Origin: an uncultured Anaerolineales bacterium
Lineage (GTDB): Bacteria > Chloroflexota > Anaerolineae > Anaerolineales > UBA11858
NCBI GenBank assembly: GCA_964618295.1
Contig: CAZTWV010000001.1
Coordinates: forward strand, 92,863-156,862
Length of the DNA stretch: 64,000 nt
Direction of reading: 5' to 3'
Below are positions 1 to 9,829 of the stretch, in pieces. A program made the position numbers and the translations under genes. The notes under the pieces are model-generated. The model searched no databases. It was given only the letters and a program-made list of their open reading frames with translations, and was not told the DNA's origin. The stretch's first letter is position 1, and every line of letters begins with the position of its first letter.

Positions 1-5
1 TAGCC

Positions 6-1229
6 ATGCGCAGATTCCCATTCGGGGGGCAGACAAAAATCGCCTACACTCAGGATCCCCATCTGGTGGCACTGGAAGTTACGGATCTTGAGAAATCCGG
101 ACGCTACACCACCGCCTCATTTTTCAGTGGAAACAAACCCGAGTATCCCCGCCGAATGCACTGCATCCAGGGTTCTGATGCCCATTTACTGGTCAAGGAT
201 CCTGCTTACCAAAATAAACAAGGGGTTGGGGATCGAACAACTGATGTAAGGATCAAAGAGCGTTCATTTTACGCTTTGCGTGATTTATTTGATAGCAATA
301 ACTTTTCCCGGATCAGACCGCACCGCCACAGCTCACAGCCGGCTTTTGATTTTATCCGGGATGCACGCCAGGAAGGATCGACATTTGTCCAGGATTTTCA
401 TGAGAAGATCACTGTCCGGGGTGGGCATTTATATTCCATCATTGCTGATATTTGCGCCTTTGCAAACTCGAATGGGGGAACGCTTTATCTCGGCCTGTCC
501 GCAGATTCGAATCAGCCGTTTGAAGGTATTTCCCGTCCCAAGCAGGGAATTGACAAGCTTAAGGCGGAAATCAGCTCCCGAATCAGTCCGGAGCTCGAGT
601 GCAAAATTGAGAGCCAAAAGTCCGAGGGAAAAAACATCATTCAGGTCATGGTGCCCAAAGGTGATGATCCGCCTTATGCCGTGGATGATAATAAAATTTA
701 TCTTCGGACAGAGAATGAGACCGGAATGGCGGTCCGGGATGAAATTGTAGAGATGGTCCTGCAGGGGCAGAAAACCAGGAAACAGCCCCCTGTAGCAGCC
801 CCGGCGGTTGACGCGGCTCCGCTGCCTATTGCCGGTTCCCAGGATGTTTATAAAATGGTCTCTGGTGTTCATGAAGGAGACCCGGAGGAAGCTCCCCGGA
901 CCGGAGTTGAGATTGTATCTGTCAATAAACGGGGAGGAGAGCAGTATTTCACAGTCCGTGATCTCCGGAATGGAAATGTGGTGAAAAATGTCACCTTGAA
1001 ATCTTCCCGAAGATTATGGCATTATGCAATTTCCCAGTTTGTCAAACTCCCGAATTCCCCCAAAAATATGGATGTAAAATGGTATGGAAATCTGGGCATT
1101 ATGTCCAAGAAAAAGCGCGGAAATACTAACAGCTATGATTTAATCCAGAAAACGGATGACAGCTACCGTTATTACTACGGGGTAACCGATGATGGAATTC
1201 ACGGAAAATGGGAGCAGGTTGTCAGTTAG
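6..1229 (+). CDS. PHP-domain (C-terminal part only) + AlbA_2/Schlafen-type DNA-binding domain protein; the 5' end is probably outside the window
   Basis: The reading frame is open to the window edge. 'HCIQGSDAH' resembles the last His/Asp motif of PHP phosphoesterases. '[17 protein letters not shown]...[26 protein letters not shown]' matches the AlbA_2 (divergent AAA/Schlafen-like) domain pattern. The C-terminal ~120 aa is unassigned. Confidence 0.6.
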   Translation: MRRFPFGGQTKIAYTQDPHLVALEVTDLEKSGRYTTASFFSGNKPEYPRRMHCIQGSDAHLLVKDPAYQNKQGVGDRTTDVRIKERSFYALRDLFDSNNFSRIRPHRHSSQPAFDFIRDARQEGSTFVQDFHEKITVRGGHLYSIIADICAFANSNGGTLYLGLSADSNQPFEGISRPKQGIDKLKAEISSRISPELECKIESQKSEGKNIIQVMVPKGDDPPYAVDDNKIYLRTENETGMAVRDEIVEMVLQGQKTRKQPPVAAPAVDAAPLPIAGSQDVYKMVSGVHEGDPEEAPRTGVEIVSVNKRGGEQYFTVRDLRNGNVVKNVTLKSSRRLWHYAISQFVKLPNSPKNMDVKWYGNLGIMSKKKRGNTNSYDLIQKTDDSYRYYYGVTDDGIHGKWEQVVS

Positions 1230-1240
1230 GAGAGTCCGGT

Positions 1241-1744
1241 ATGAGTCTGAAATGTGCCATTCTGACTGTTTCTGATCGATCTGCAGCCGGAATCCGGGAG
1301 GATCAATCCGGTCCTGCTCTGGCGCAGGCGGTGGTGGATCAGGGTTGGCAGGTTTGCGAGAAGTCTATCGTTCCGGATGAGATGGAAAAGATCCAGAAAG
1401 AACTGATTTCCTGGGCAGACAACGGTGAAATTCAAGTCATTCTAACAACCGGCGGAACCGGTTTTTCGCCCCGGGATGTTACTCCGGAAGCAACAGAATC
1501 GATTTTGGATCGGGGAACTCCTGGAATTGCGGAAGCAATGAGAGCTGCCAGTATGAAAATTACCCCCCACGCTATGCTGTCCAGAGCCGCAGCTGGGATT
1601 CGAAGAAATACGCTGATCATAAATTTCCCGGGGAGTCCTAAAGGAGCCCTGGAAAATTTTGAAGTGGTTGCCCCGGTTCTTCCGCACGCCGTGGACCTGC
1701 TGATGGAAAGTGATCAAGCTGAATCCGAGCATCAGCTGACTTGA
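1241..1744 (+). CDS. mog: MogA/MoaB-family molybdopterin adenylyltransferase (molybdenum cofactor biosynthesis)
   Basis: 'AILTVSDRSAAG...EDQSGPAL' and 'ILTTGGTGFSPRDVTPEAT' are classic MogA/MoaB motifs. The start is taken at the internal ATG (MSLKC) just after the stop of the preceding ORF. Confidence 0.85.
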   Translation: MSLKCAILTVSDRSAAGIREDQSGPALAQAVVDQGWQVCEKSIVPDEMEKIQKELISWADNGEIQVILTTGGTGFSPRDVTPEATESILDRGTPGIAEAMRAASMKITPHAMLSRAAAGIRRNTLIINFPGSPKGALENFEVVAPVLPHAVDLLMESDQAESEHQLT

Positions 1745-1832
1745 AATAGCACTGGGATTGAATAGTTGATACCTCCGTCCCTGTTCTGGTAGAATGGGGG
1801 CGGATTGTTTTGGGGAGGCCAAACACAGGACC

Positions 1833-2663
1833 ATGAGTCAGAGACGGACTGCGATTGTCACAGGGGCATCTTCCGGGATCGGCCAGGCAGCAGCTATCAG
1901 ACTTGCTTCGGAAGGTTATCTGGTTGTTTTAGCTGCTAGGCGGTTAGATCGCCTGCAGGCTGCAGCAGACCGGATTCAGGAAGCGGGTGGTGAAGCACTG
2001 GTTATCCAGACGGATGTTTCTGATCCAGAGCAAATTCAAAGATTGGTTGATCAGACACTGGAGGCGGCAGGCGGGATTGACCTTCTGGTCAATAATGCGG
2101 GTTACGGCCGTTTGTTATGGTTGGATCAGCAGGATCTCGTAGGAGAAATTGACCAACAAATTCAAGTTAATCTGACAGGGGCGATCCAGCTGACAAGGGC
2201 TGCACTGCCTGTGATGCTCGAACAGAAATCCGGTCAGATTGTATTTGTATCCTCAATCTCTAGCTTTGTGGGGGTCCCTACTTATTCGATTTATACGGCT
2301 ACCAAGTACGGGTTGCGGGGATTTGTTGAGTCTCTCCGCAGAGAACTAAGCGGGTCGGGGGTGACTGTCACAGGGATCTATCCCGGGGCTGTAGAAACAG
2401 AATTTGATCAGCATGCTGGTGTGCAGTGGAAGACCACCCGGGTTACTCCAGATTGGCTGATCAGGACCCCGGAACAGGTTGCTGGGCAAATTCTCAGAGC
2501 TGTAAAAAATCGGAGGAGGAGGATCATCACTCCTGCGGTGATGATTCTGCCAATCCTGATCAATGCGCATTTCCCCCGTCTTCTGGATTGGGTTTTATCA
2601 GGAATGTTTTTTAGAGAGAATGGAAAAACAACAGCTTGGAATCAGGCTGAGGATCCAGATTAA
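1833..2663 (+). CDS. Short-chain dehydrogenase/reductase (SDR) family oxidoreductase
   Basis: Rossmann motif 'TGASSGIG', 'NNAG', and catalytic Y-x-x-x-K in 'YTATKYG'. The start is chosen at MSQRR. Confidence 0.85.
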   Translation: MSQRRTAIVTGASSGIGQAAAIRLASEGYLVVLAARRLDRLQAAADRIQEAGGEALVIQTDVSDPEQIQRLVDQTLEAAGGIDLLVNNAGYGRLLWLDQQDLVGEIDQQIQVNLTGAIQLTRAALPVMLEQKSGQIVFVSSISSFVGVPTYSIYTATKYGLRGFVESLRRELSGSGVTVTGIYPGAVETEFDQHAGVQWKTTRVTPDWLIRTPEQVAGQILRAVKNRRRRIITPAVMILPILINAHFPRLLDWVLSGMFFRENGKTTAWNQAEDPD

Positions 2664-2685
2664 TCCCGAGTATTCTTAACAAGGG

Positions 2686-3171
2686 TTATCTCATATCCAG
2701 CTCTGCTTCGGTTTCTGGTTGAGTTTGATTTCCTTCTTCAAGGATATAGATCCCATTTCTGACCTGGTTCAGGACCCGTTCAAGGGCGATTTCCAGATTT
2801 GTCAATGTTTCGGCGACATAGTCATCCGCTTCTGCTTGGGTTTTACTGGCTTTGACCTCGGCCTCGGCTTCAATCTGCTTGGCTTTTTTCCGGGCATCCT
2901 GTACAATGCTGTCTCGGTCAATAATCTGGTCGCTCTTCTCTTTAGCCAGGGACAGGGTCCTTTTTGCCTCTTCCTTGGCCTGCGCAATCAAGCGATCTTT
3001 CTGGGCCATGATTTGCTGGGATTTTTTGACTTCTTCCGGTATTGCAACTCGCATCTGGTCTATCAAGTCCAGAACCCGGTCTTCATCGATGATTACATTG
3101 CGGGTGAATGGTATGGATTGACTGCTGTTGATCAATTCTTCCAATCGATCCACCAGGTGCAAGATATCCAT
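2686..3171 (-). CDS. Coiled-coil protein (ATP-synthase-b-like / DivIVA-like helical protein), function unknown
   Basis: 161 aa with a strongly heptad-like, charged sequence (KKSQQIMAQKDRLIAQAKEEAKRTL...). It lies downstream of coaD on the same strand. Confidence 0.5.
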   Translation of the reverse strand: MDILHLVDRLEELINSSQSIPFTRNVIIDEDRVLDLIDQMRVAIPEEVKKSQQIMAQKDRLIAQAKEEAKRTLSLAKEKSDQIIDRDSIVQDARKKAKQIEAEAEVKASKTQAEADDYVAETLTNLEIALERVLNQVRNGIYILEEGNQTQPETEAELDMR

Positions 3172-3220
3172 GGTGCTCCTCCCAAAGAAGTACCCTTTTA
3201 GTATAACATGAAACGACTCA

Positions 3221-3745
3221 TCAATCGCGCAATGATGTGCGGGGGACGATGTTTTGATTGGACCCTAATTCCTGGAAGCGTTCTTTGAGAGCTTTCTGAA
3301 CCACTTCAGGAACCAAAGAGCTGACATCGCCGTCCAGGGCGGCTATTTCCCGGACAGTGGAACCGCTTAAAAAGGTATGGTCCTTGTTCGTAATCAAGGC
3401 AACAACTTCAATATCCGGGGCCAGCCGGTGGTTGGCCAGCGCCATTCGAAACTCGTATTCAAAATCAGAAAAAACCCGGAGTCCTCTGACAATGACCTGA
3501 GCATCAATTTGATGACAAAATTCGACGGTCAAACCGCTGTACCCCATCACTTTGATATTGTCCGTTGAGTTTAGAGCCTTTTGGACAAGTTCAATTCTTT
3601 TTTGTGGTGCAAAGAGCAGTTTTTTTAGAGGTTGGTCATAAACCGCGACAACCACCTCATCAAACAAGCGTGAAGCTCTTCTGGCAATATCAATATGTCC
3701 GTAATGAATCGGGTCAAATGTACCCGGAAAGACAGCCCGGATCAT
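3221..3745 (-). CDS. coaD: Phosphopantetheine adenylyltransferase
   Basis: N-terminal 'AVFPGTFDPIHYGHIDI' (T/HxGH nucleotidyltransferase motif), about 170 aa, with the typical 'ISSTxVRE'-like 'GSTVREIA' near the C-terminus. Confidence 0.93.
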   Translation of the reverse strand: MIRAVFPGTFDPIHYGHIDIARRASRLFDEVVVAVYDQPLKKLLFAPQKRIELVQKALNSTDNIKVMGYSGLTVEFCHQIDAQVIVRGLRVFSDFEYEFRMALANHRLAPDIEVVALITNKDHTFLSGSTVREIAALDGDVSSLVPEVVQKALKERFQELGSNQNIVPRTSLRD

Positions 3746-3781
3746 GATGATACCTCCTCCAGCTCAATAGATTTCCGCATT

Positions 3782-6283
3782 TCAGCTGATATCTCCCTGG
3801 AATTCCTGATCCCAGAAACGGCTGACAGCCGCCGAAAGCTTCTGATTGGGACTTTTATTCAACTCTGGATCGGACTCAAAGAGAGAAATTGCTTCCTGCC
3901 GGGCCTGTTCGATCAAACTCAAATCTGACATGCTGGCAACTTTCAATTCGGAAAAACCTGACTGTCGGGTACCCAAAAACTGCCCCGGCCCCCGAAGTTT
4001 CAAATCATATTCCGCTAATTTAAAACCATCATTGGTTTCTTTCATCGCCAGAAGGCGTTTATTTTCCACTGCTTCTGCACTTCCAGGGATCAGAATGCAG
4101 TAAGATTGCTGGTCACCGCGTCCTACCCGGCCCCGGAATTGGTGTAGCTGGGCCAGGCCAAAGCGGTCCGCCCCTTCGATCACCATCACTGTCGCCTGGG
4201 GAATGTCCACTCCCACCTCAATGACTGAGGTGGAAACCATAACCTGCAGTTCCCGGTCCCGAAAACGGGTCATAACTGATTCTTTTTCCTCCGGGCTCAA
4301 CCGGCCGTGGAGCAGCCCGAGTTTGAGTGACGGAAAAACACTTTTTTGCAGCTGCTGATATTCTTCCACGGCTGCTTTTTCATCCATCTTGTCGCTTTCT
4401 TCTACCAGGGGATAGATAATAAACGCCTGATTCCCTATCTCAACTTGACGGCGGATCAGAGAGTAAGCCCGTTCCGTTTCACGGGGGTAAAGAACATGAG
4501 TTTCCACAGGCTGGCGTCCTGGTGGCAGTTCATCAATCACGGAAAGTTCCAGATCACCATACAGGGTTAAAGCCAAACTGCGAGGAATAGGAGTAGCGGT
4601 CATAACCAGCAGGTGGGGATTTTCTCCCTTTTCCCGGAGTCTGGAGCGCTGCTCGACACCAAAGCGGTGCTGTTCATCCACGACTGCAAACTGTAAGTTC
4701 TGGAAAACTACCGGATCCTGCAGTAATGCATGGGTTCCGATGACGAGTTTGATGGCTCCTGACTTCAAGCCCTGTCTGATTTCTTCTTTTTCCGATTCTG
4801 GAGTGGATCCAATTAAGAGCCGGATATCGTCGTTTCTCAACTCGGATTCAGGACCAGTCAGCAAATCTTTAAAGCTCTGGAAATGCTGTTCGGCCAGGAT
4901 GCTGGTCGGGGCCATCACAGCTGCCTGGGCACCATGATGAATTACGATTAATGCCGCCAGAGCAGCGACGACTGTTTTTCCTGAACCTACATCACCCTGC
5001 AGCAGGCGGTTCATTGGATGCGCAGATTGCAGGTCTCCCCGGATTTGTTTCAGAGCTTTGTCCTGGGCTCCCGTTAAGGAGTAAGGTAGGCGGGAAAGCT
5101 GTTCTTCGAGCCATTCATCCTGGACAGGATAGGACCTGCCTGTCCTGTTTTCCCACTGGTACTTTTGTTTCAGAACCCCCACCTGGAGATAAAATATTTC
5201 TTCAAATGCCAATCTTTCCCGGGCTCTGGCAAGTGCTGAATCAGAAGATGGGAAATGAATTTCCCGGACCGCATCTTGATGGGAAAGGAGCTTGGTCTGC
5301 TGAATAACGTCTTCCGGCAGGGGGTCATCGAGAAAAGGTGTGTAAACTTTAACTTGATCGTGGATCAAACCCCGAAGCCATTTTTGAGTCAGGTCCCGGG
5401 TCAGGGGGTAAACCGGAACAATCCGGTTCGTATGGAGCTGCTTTTCGGTCAGAGGTTCCCACTCGGGGTTGTTCATCGTCAAACGTCCGAGATACTGTTC
5501 GATCGTTCCGCTCAGAACCACCTGTTTTGCTTTCCCTAACTGCTGGGCAATCCAGGGTTGATTGAACCAGGTTACCCGCAAGGATCCGCTCTTATCGGAG
5601 ACCACAGCTTCCACAATTTTCATTCTCCCGCTGCGGACACTGCGGGTGTTGATATTGACAATGGAGCCGATGATTGTAACCTCTTCACCGAACCAGAGCG
5701 ATTGAATTGGCTTTAACTGGGAATAATCATCATGCCGGCGGGGATAATGATAGATCAGGTCCCTGATTTTTGTGATTCCCAAGCGTTCCAATGCCTCCGC
5801 CCGTTTGGGGCCAATCCCATGTAAAGCGGTGACCGGGGCTTCAATTTCAAGCTCCGGCGGGGTTGGTTCCGGAGTTTTTTCAATCGGTGAAACCTGTACA
5901 GGTTCAGCAGCTGCCGCAGGTGCGGGAGGTGAAGCTGGTTTTTCCTGCTCTGTTTCTTGAGGTGGTTTGGTTTGGGTTTGTTCAGGGCCAGTTGTGGATG
6001 CAGCGTCCCGATTTTCGGAATCAGATTCCAGGCCTAAATCGCGCTGAACACGCTGCCAGATACCCTGCAGAACCACTTTCCGGGATTCAGGTGTTAATTG
6101 ATGGTAGTCTCTTAACCGGCTGATCACGGCTTGAATGGTTTGTTCAGGAAGCTGGTCTTTGCGGGCTTCCAGTTCCCAGGATGAGAGGATATTTGCTAAT
6201 CCCCCCATTACTGCCTTATTGTCATACCCTCTTTTTGCTTCCAGTCGAAAAAAATTCCGTAATTTTTGGATTGAAGTTTTCAT
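3782..6283 (-). CDS. recG: ATP-dependent DNA helicase RecG with a ~150-aa N-terminal extension
   Basis: Walker A 'GDVGSGKT', 'VVDEQHRFG', motif VI 'QLHQFRGRVGRG', and a wedge-domain region (RVTWFNQPW). A Pro/Glu/Thr-rich low-complexity stretch is near the N-terminus. Confidence 0.93.
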   Translation of the reverse strand: MKTSIQKLRNFFRLEAKRGYDNKAVMGGLANILSSWELEARKDQLPEQTIQAVISRLRDYHQLTPESRKVVLQGIWQRVQRDLGLESDSENRDAASTTGPEQTQTKPPQETEQEKPASPPAPAAAAEPVQVSPIEKTPEPTPPELEIEAPVTALHGIGPKRAEALERLGITKIRDLIYHYPRRHDDYSQLKPIQSLWFGEEVTIIGSIVNINTRSVRSGRMKIVEAVVSDKSGSLRVTWFNQPWIAQQLGKAKQVVLSGTIEQYLGRLTMNNPEWEPLTEKQLHTNRIVPVYPLTRDLTQKWLRGLIHDQVKVYTPFLDDPLPEDVIQQTKLLSHQDAVREIHFPSSDSALARARERLAFEEIFYLQVGVLKQKYQWENRTGRSYPVQDEWLEEQLSRLPYSLTGAQDKALKQIRGDLQSAHPMNRLLQGDVGSGKTVVAALAALIVIHHGAQAAVMAPTSILAEQHFQSFKDLLTGPESELRNDDIRLLIGSTPESEKEEIRQGLKSGAIKLVIGTHALLQDPVVFQNLQFAVVDEQHRFGVEQRSRLREKGENPHLLVMTATPIPRSLALTLYGDLELSVIDELPPGRQPVETHVLYPRETERAYSLIRRQVEIGNQAFIIYPLVEESDKMDEKAAVEEYQQLQKSVFPSLKLGLLHGRLSPEEKESVMTRFRDRELQVMVSTSVIEVGVDIPQATVMVIEGADRFGLAQLHQFRGRVGRGDQQSYCILIPGSAEAVENKRLLAMKETNDGFKLAEYDLKLRGPGQFLGTRQSGFSELKVASMSDLSLIEQARQEAISLFESDPELNKSPNQKLSAAVSRFWDQEFQGDIS

Positions 6284-6288
6284 TGGTG

Positions 6289-7119
6289 TTATTTTACCAC
6301 TGCTGCGAAACCAAGGCCGTTCGGTCCCACATGGGACCCGATAATTGTAGTTACATTGACCAGCAAGGGAAGTTCAGGTACCCGGCTGGCGAAATATTGC
6401 TGAAGCATTTTACCTTCCTCTTCTGCATTAGTGTGTAAGATTGATAATTCAGACAGATCCCCCAATTTATCCAGGGTCCCGGTCAGCAGTTTAATACCTT
6501 GAGATCTGGCCCGGGCCAGTCCGCGTTGAATCACAGAACCAGCTTCCAGTTCAACCAGAGGTTTGATCTTCAGTAATGAACCCAGACGGGTTTTAGCCCA
6601 GGAGACCCGACCGCTGCGGTGAATATATTTAAATGAATCCAGCAGGGCAAAAACCCGAATTTTTTGCTGGAAATCGTCCAGGGTGGAAATTATTTTTTCG
6701 AGGGGAATTTGATCGGCTGCTGCCCGGGCTGCAGTCAGCACCTGGTAGCCCAGCCCCATTGAGAGCTGCTGGCTGTCATACACATGAACTCGGTTTTCGA
6801 AATCCCGGCCTGCAATGCGGGCGGCATTGCAAATCCCGCTGAGATTTGAAGCCGCATGAATGGATATAATTTCCGTGTGTCCCCGGCTGAAAAGCTGATG
6901 ATACAGCTTCTGAAAGCTTCCCGTGGAGGGAGCTCCGGTTGTAGGAAAACTTGGCATATCCGGAAGCCAGGAATAAAATTTCTCCCGGGATAGGTCAAAA
7001 CCATCTTGATAAGTTTGATTTTCCAGGGTCAGAGTGACCGGAATTTGATGAATATTGTGGCAGGAAAGGAGATTCCCGGGAATGTCAGATGTGCTGTCAG
7101 TGACGATAGCAATGGACAA
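6289..7119 (-). CDS. DegV-family fatty-acid-binding protein
   Basis: 'IAIVTDSTSDIP' at the N-terminus, ~276 aa, and DegV-like overall pattern. Confidence 0.88.
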   Translation of the reverse strand: MSIAIVTDSTSDIPGNLLSCHNIHQIPVTLTLENQTYQDGFDLSREKFYSWLPDMPSFPTTGAPSTGSFQKLYHQLFSRGHTEIISIHAASNLSGICNAARIAGRDFENRVHVYDSQQLSMGLGYQVLTAARAAADQIPLEKIISTLDDFQQKIRVFALLDSFKYIHRSGRVSWAKTRLGSLLKIKPLVELEAGSVIQRGLARARSQGIKLLTGTLDKLGDLSELSILHTNAEEEGKMLQQYFASRVPELPLLVNVTTIIGSHVGPNGLGFAAVVK

Positions 7120-7220
7120 TGTGCTCTCCTCAGATTACAAAAGCGGCGGTGATTGTTTTTGACCGCCGTTTTTTTGTGGCCTCAGTTGCCTGATCCATGG
7201 GAAGAAAACAAGTAAGTGAG

Positions 7221-8885
7221 TTATTCGATCGAAATGATAAATTGGTAATGCGGTTGACCGCCGTACTGCAGTTCAACAATATGATCCGGGTAACGATCCT
7301 GGATCTTCTGAGCCATGTCCTCTGCACCAGATTTTGTGATATTTTCCCCGTAAAACAGGGTGATTAATTCCAGGTCATCGGTGCTGGCCTGTTCCAGAAA
7401 GTCAAAGCAGCCTTCTTCCAGGGTTTCTTTTGAACCGATTAGTTTTCCATTCAAGAGCGAAATAATTTCTCCTTCTTCCACCTCAATCCCGTCAATTTCC
7501 GCATTCCGGACCGCGGTGGTAATCTCACCGCTCTCCACTTCAGTAATTGCCTGATTCATTTCCAATACAATCTGATCCAATTCCTGGCCCGGGATGAGTC
7601 TGAGCATGGCCGCAAGCCCCTGCGGGACTGTGATACTTGGAATCACTTTGACATCTTTGACCGACAGCTCGGCAGCGGACTGGGCAGCCATATGGATATT
7701 TTTATTGTTGGGCAGGACTATGATTCGATCCGTTGGAAGATTTTCAAAGGCAGCCAGGATTTCCTGGGTGCTGGGATTCATGGTCTGACCGCCTTCCACA
7801 ATCGCTGCTGCGCCGAGGCTGGCAAATATTCGTGAGAAACCCTTCCCGGGCGAAATTATGATAACGGCAATTTCACCTTCTTTCACCGGGTTGAGTTCAA
7901 GGGCAGCTTCCTTCTCGGACTCCGGGTCAGTTTTGACCTGCTCCATCAGGTTTTCAATGTAAACTTTGGAAATGGTCCCAAGGGACATCGTGTATTCAAT
8001 AGGATCGTATCTCTTTTCAGTAGGCACATGGATGTGCATCCGATACAAGCCGTCGCCTTCACCGACCTGAATTGAGGTGCCGATCTCTTCCAGCTCATCA
8101 TAAAAAGTTGTTAACTCGAGGGTGTTGTGAGGTGTGAAATCAACGATTACCTCGTAATCCTGCCCGGGTTCTGAGGCATTGATCGCCTCTTCTTTACCGA
8201 TCAAGGAAAGAGGTTTTACATGGACCGGTTCAACATCAAGAGGTTCGTTATGCAGATAGCGGACCATCCCTTCAATGATATGCATTAATCCTTTTCCGCC
8301 GGCGTCAACAACACCGGCTTCACGGAGCACATCCAGGAGTTCTGGGGTCCTGTCGACGGATTCCCGGGCTGCTTTCAAGACCTGCTCGAGAATGGAACGG
8401 GGATCTGGATTTTCATTGAATGCTTCTTCCGCTGCAATGGCGCAGTCCTTGGATACAGTCAGGATCGTTCCCTCAACCGGGCGGACAACACCTTTATAAG
8501 CGGTGTCACGGGCTTGCTGAAAGCCTGCTACAAGCGCAGTTCCATTGAGATTATCAACATCAGCGATTCCTTTCGAGAATCCGCGCCAGATTTGGGAAAG
8601 GATGACCCCGGAGTTACCTCTGGCGCCCATTAATGCCCCGTGAGCCAGACGTTCCGCCAGGTCACCGACATGATCCTTATTTTGAGTTGTCTGCAGCTCA
8701 TCAAAAGCAGCCTGGAGGGTCAGCACCATATTTGTCCCGGTGTCACCATCCGGGACTGGAAAAACATTCAGCGCATTGACTGCTTCCTGGTTAGTTCGGA
8801 GCCAGGTAAGGCTGGCTTCGATCAGGGCTGTGAACTCCTGCCCGTTGATTTCAGAATTGTGGTTTTCTGCTAGTCCGTCACTCAT
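7221..8885 (-). CDS. DAK2 (DhaL-like) domain protein, YloV-type
   Basis: 'VFPVPDGDTGTNM' DhaL motif plus a long C-terminal YloV-like domain. It sits directly downstream of asp23, as in the Firmicute yloU-yloV pair. Confidence 0.88.
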   Translation of the reverse strand: MSDGLAENHNSEINGQEFTALIEASLTWLRTNQEAVNALNVFPVPDGDTGTNMVLTLQAAFDELQTTQNKDHVGDLAERLAHGALMGARGNSGVILSQIWRGFSKGIADVDNLNGTALVAGFQQARDTAYKGVVRPVEGTILTVSKDCAIAAEEAFNENPDPRSILEQVLKAARESVDRTPELLDVLREAGVVDAGGKGLMHIIEGMVRYLHNEPLDVEPVHVKPLSLIGKEEAINASEPGQDYEVIVDFTPHNTLELTTFYDELEEIGTSIQVGEGDGLYRMHIHVPTEKRYDPIEYTMSLGTISKVYIENLMEQVKTDPESEKEAALELNPVKEGEIAVIIISPGKGFSRIFASLGAAAIVEGGQTMNPSTQEILAAFENLPTDRIIVLPNNKNIHMAAQSAAELSVKDVKVIPSITVPQGLAAMLRLIPGQELDQIVLEMNQAITEVESGEITTAVRNAEIDGIEVEEGEIISLLNGKLIGSKETLEEGCFDFLEQASTDDLELITLFYGENITKSGAEDMAQKIQDRYPDHIVELQYGGQPHYQFIISIE

Positions 8886-8931
8886 GTAGAATTACTCCTC
8901 GGGGGAAACCATCCCGATCAAAATCAAATTA

Positions 8932-9291
8932 TTAGCGATCCCCATTACTAACGCGCAGTCCCTGCACGTGAATGTTGATCTCATTTACGGGAAGGTCGAG
9001 CGTTTTTTCTACCTGGTAGCGAACTGTGTTGGCTACACTGGCAGCCACTGACTTAATCCTCGTGCCGTACTCGATGATGATGAAAATATCGATGTTGATC
9101 AGCTGGTCCTTATACTCTACATCGATGCCGTGAGTAGGATCCTTGACTATTGCATGAGCGATCCCATCGGCAATATTTTTGGGTGCAAGACCAACAACAC
9201 CGTAGGATTGCTGTACAGCCTGGAAAGCGATTGTGGCAATGGCCTGTTTGGAGATCTGGATATTTCCGAATGATGTTTCCTGGTTGCTCAT
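8932..9291 (-). CDS. Asp23/Gls24-family envelope/alkaline-shock protein
   Basis: ~120 aa with 'ISKQAIATIAFQAVQQSYGVVGL' and 'INIHVQGL', typical of the Asp23 family. The start is set at MSNQ. Confidence 0.85.
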   Translation of the reverse strand: MSNQETSFGNIQISKQAIATIAFQAVQQSYGVVGLAPKNIADGIAHAIVKDPTHGIDVEYKDQLINIDIFIIIEYGTRIKSVAASVANTVRYQVEKTLDLPVNEINIHVQGLRVSNGDR

Positions 9292-9424
9292 AGACAAGCT
9301 CCGTCTTTCTACAGGGACCAAACGATTTTATTTATCCTTTCAGATGCCAAATGATAACATAAATACAGGGGAGCGGTAGGGTTCACCTTGTGGATAGGGG
9401 GATTGTATGGTAAGATTTTCGGGC

Positions 9425-9453
9425 TTGACTGCTGGCGGAAGCCGTCCTGAAAT
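9425..9453 (+). promoter_or_regulatory. Possible sigma70-type promoter for rpmB (TTGACT-17 nt-TGAAAT)
   Basis: Hexamers at 9425-9430 and 9448-9453 with 17-nt spacing, about 90 nt upstream of the rpmB ATG. Confidence 0.3.
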
Positions 9454-9543
9454 TAGAGTGAAACGGCTGGTTTTCAGACAAATCTCAAGCTGATTGAAAT
9501 GAAATTTTAAAATCCGAATTAGAGCGAATGAGGTAGATGGATT

Positions 9544-9723
9544 ATGGCTAAGTGCGAACATTGTGGGAAAACCACCCAATTTGGACAAAACCGTCCCTGG
9601 TCGAAAAAGGCGACAAAAAGAACTTTCAAGCCAAACCTGCAAAAAGTAACGGTTTATAAAGACGGCAAGAAGGTTAGAAAAACCCTTTGCACCCGCTGCA
9701 TCAGGACTTTAACAAAAGTCTAA
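9544..9723 (+). CDS. rpmB: 50S ribosomal protein L28
   Basis: My own translation gives [59 protein letters not shown] (59 aa), which is below the ORF-track cutoff. It carries the classic L28 'GxxxSHSxxxTKRxFxPNLQ'-like core. Confidence 0.9.
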   Translation: MAKCEHCGKTTQFGQNRPWSKKATKRTFKPNLQKVTVYKDGKKVRKTLCTRCIRTLTKV

Positions 9724-9760
9724 GCTGATATTATTAACACAGAAAATCGAATCTAGTTGT

Positions 9761-9803
9761 GGGTTATTTGAGATAATCTTTCAAATAACCCGCATTTGAT
9801 TTT
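9761..9803 (+). terminator. Rho-independent terminator after rpmB
   Basis: An 11-bp perfect stem GGGTTATTTGA (9761-9771) / TCAAATAACCC (9781-9791) with a 9-nt loop, followed by GCATTTGATTTT. Confidence 0.6.
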
Positions 9804-9829
9804 AAGGGGAGGCTCTATGCAAAAAAGGG

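Noticed and set aside
280-872. Alternative-frame ORFs (280-750 on the plus strand, 429-872 on the minus strand) inside the first gene.
   Set aside because: They are embedded in the AlbA_2-domain coding region, and their translations are Arg/Ser-rich with no motifs.
9340-9642. A 100-aa minus-strand ORF in the asp23/rpmB intergenic region.
   Set aside because: It overlaps the clearly recognisable rpmB (L28) gene on the opposite strand and the divergent promoter region. It has no motif and no RBS, and is most likely spurious.
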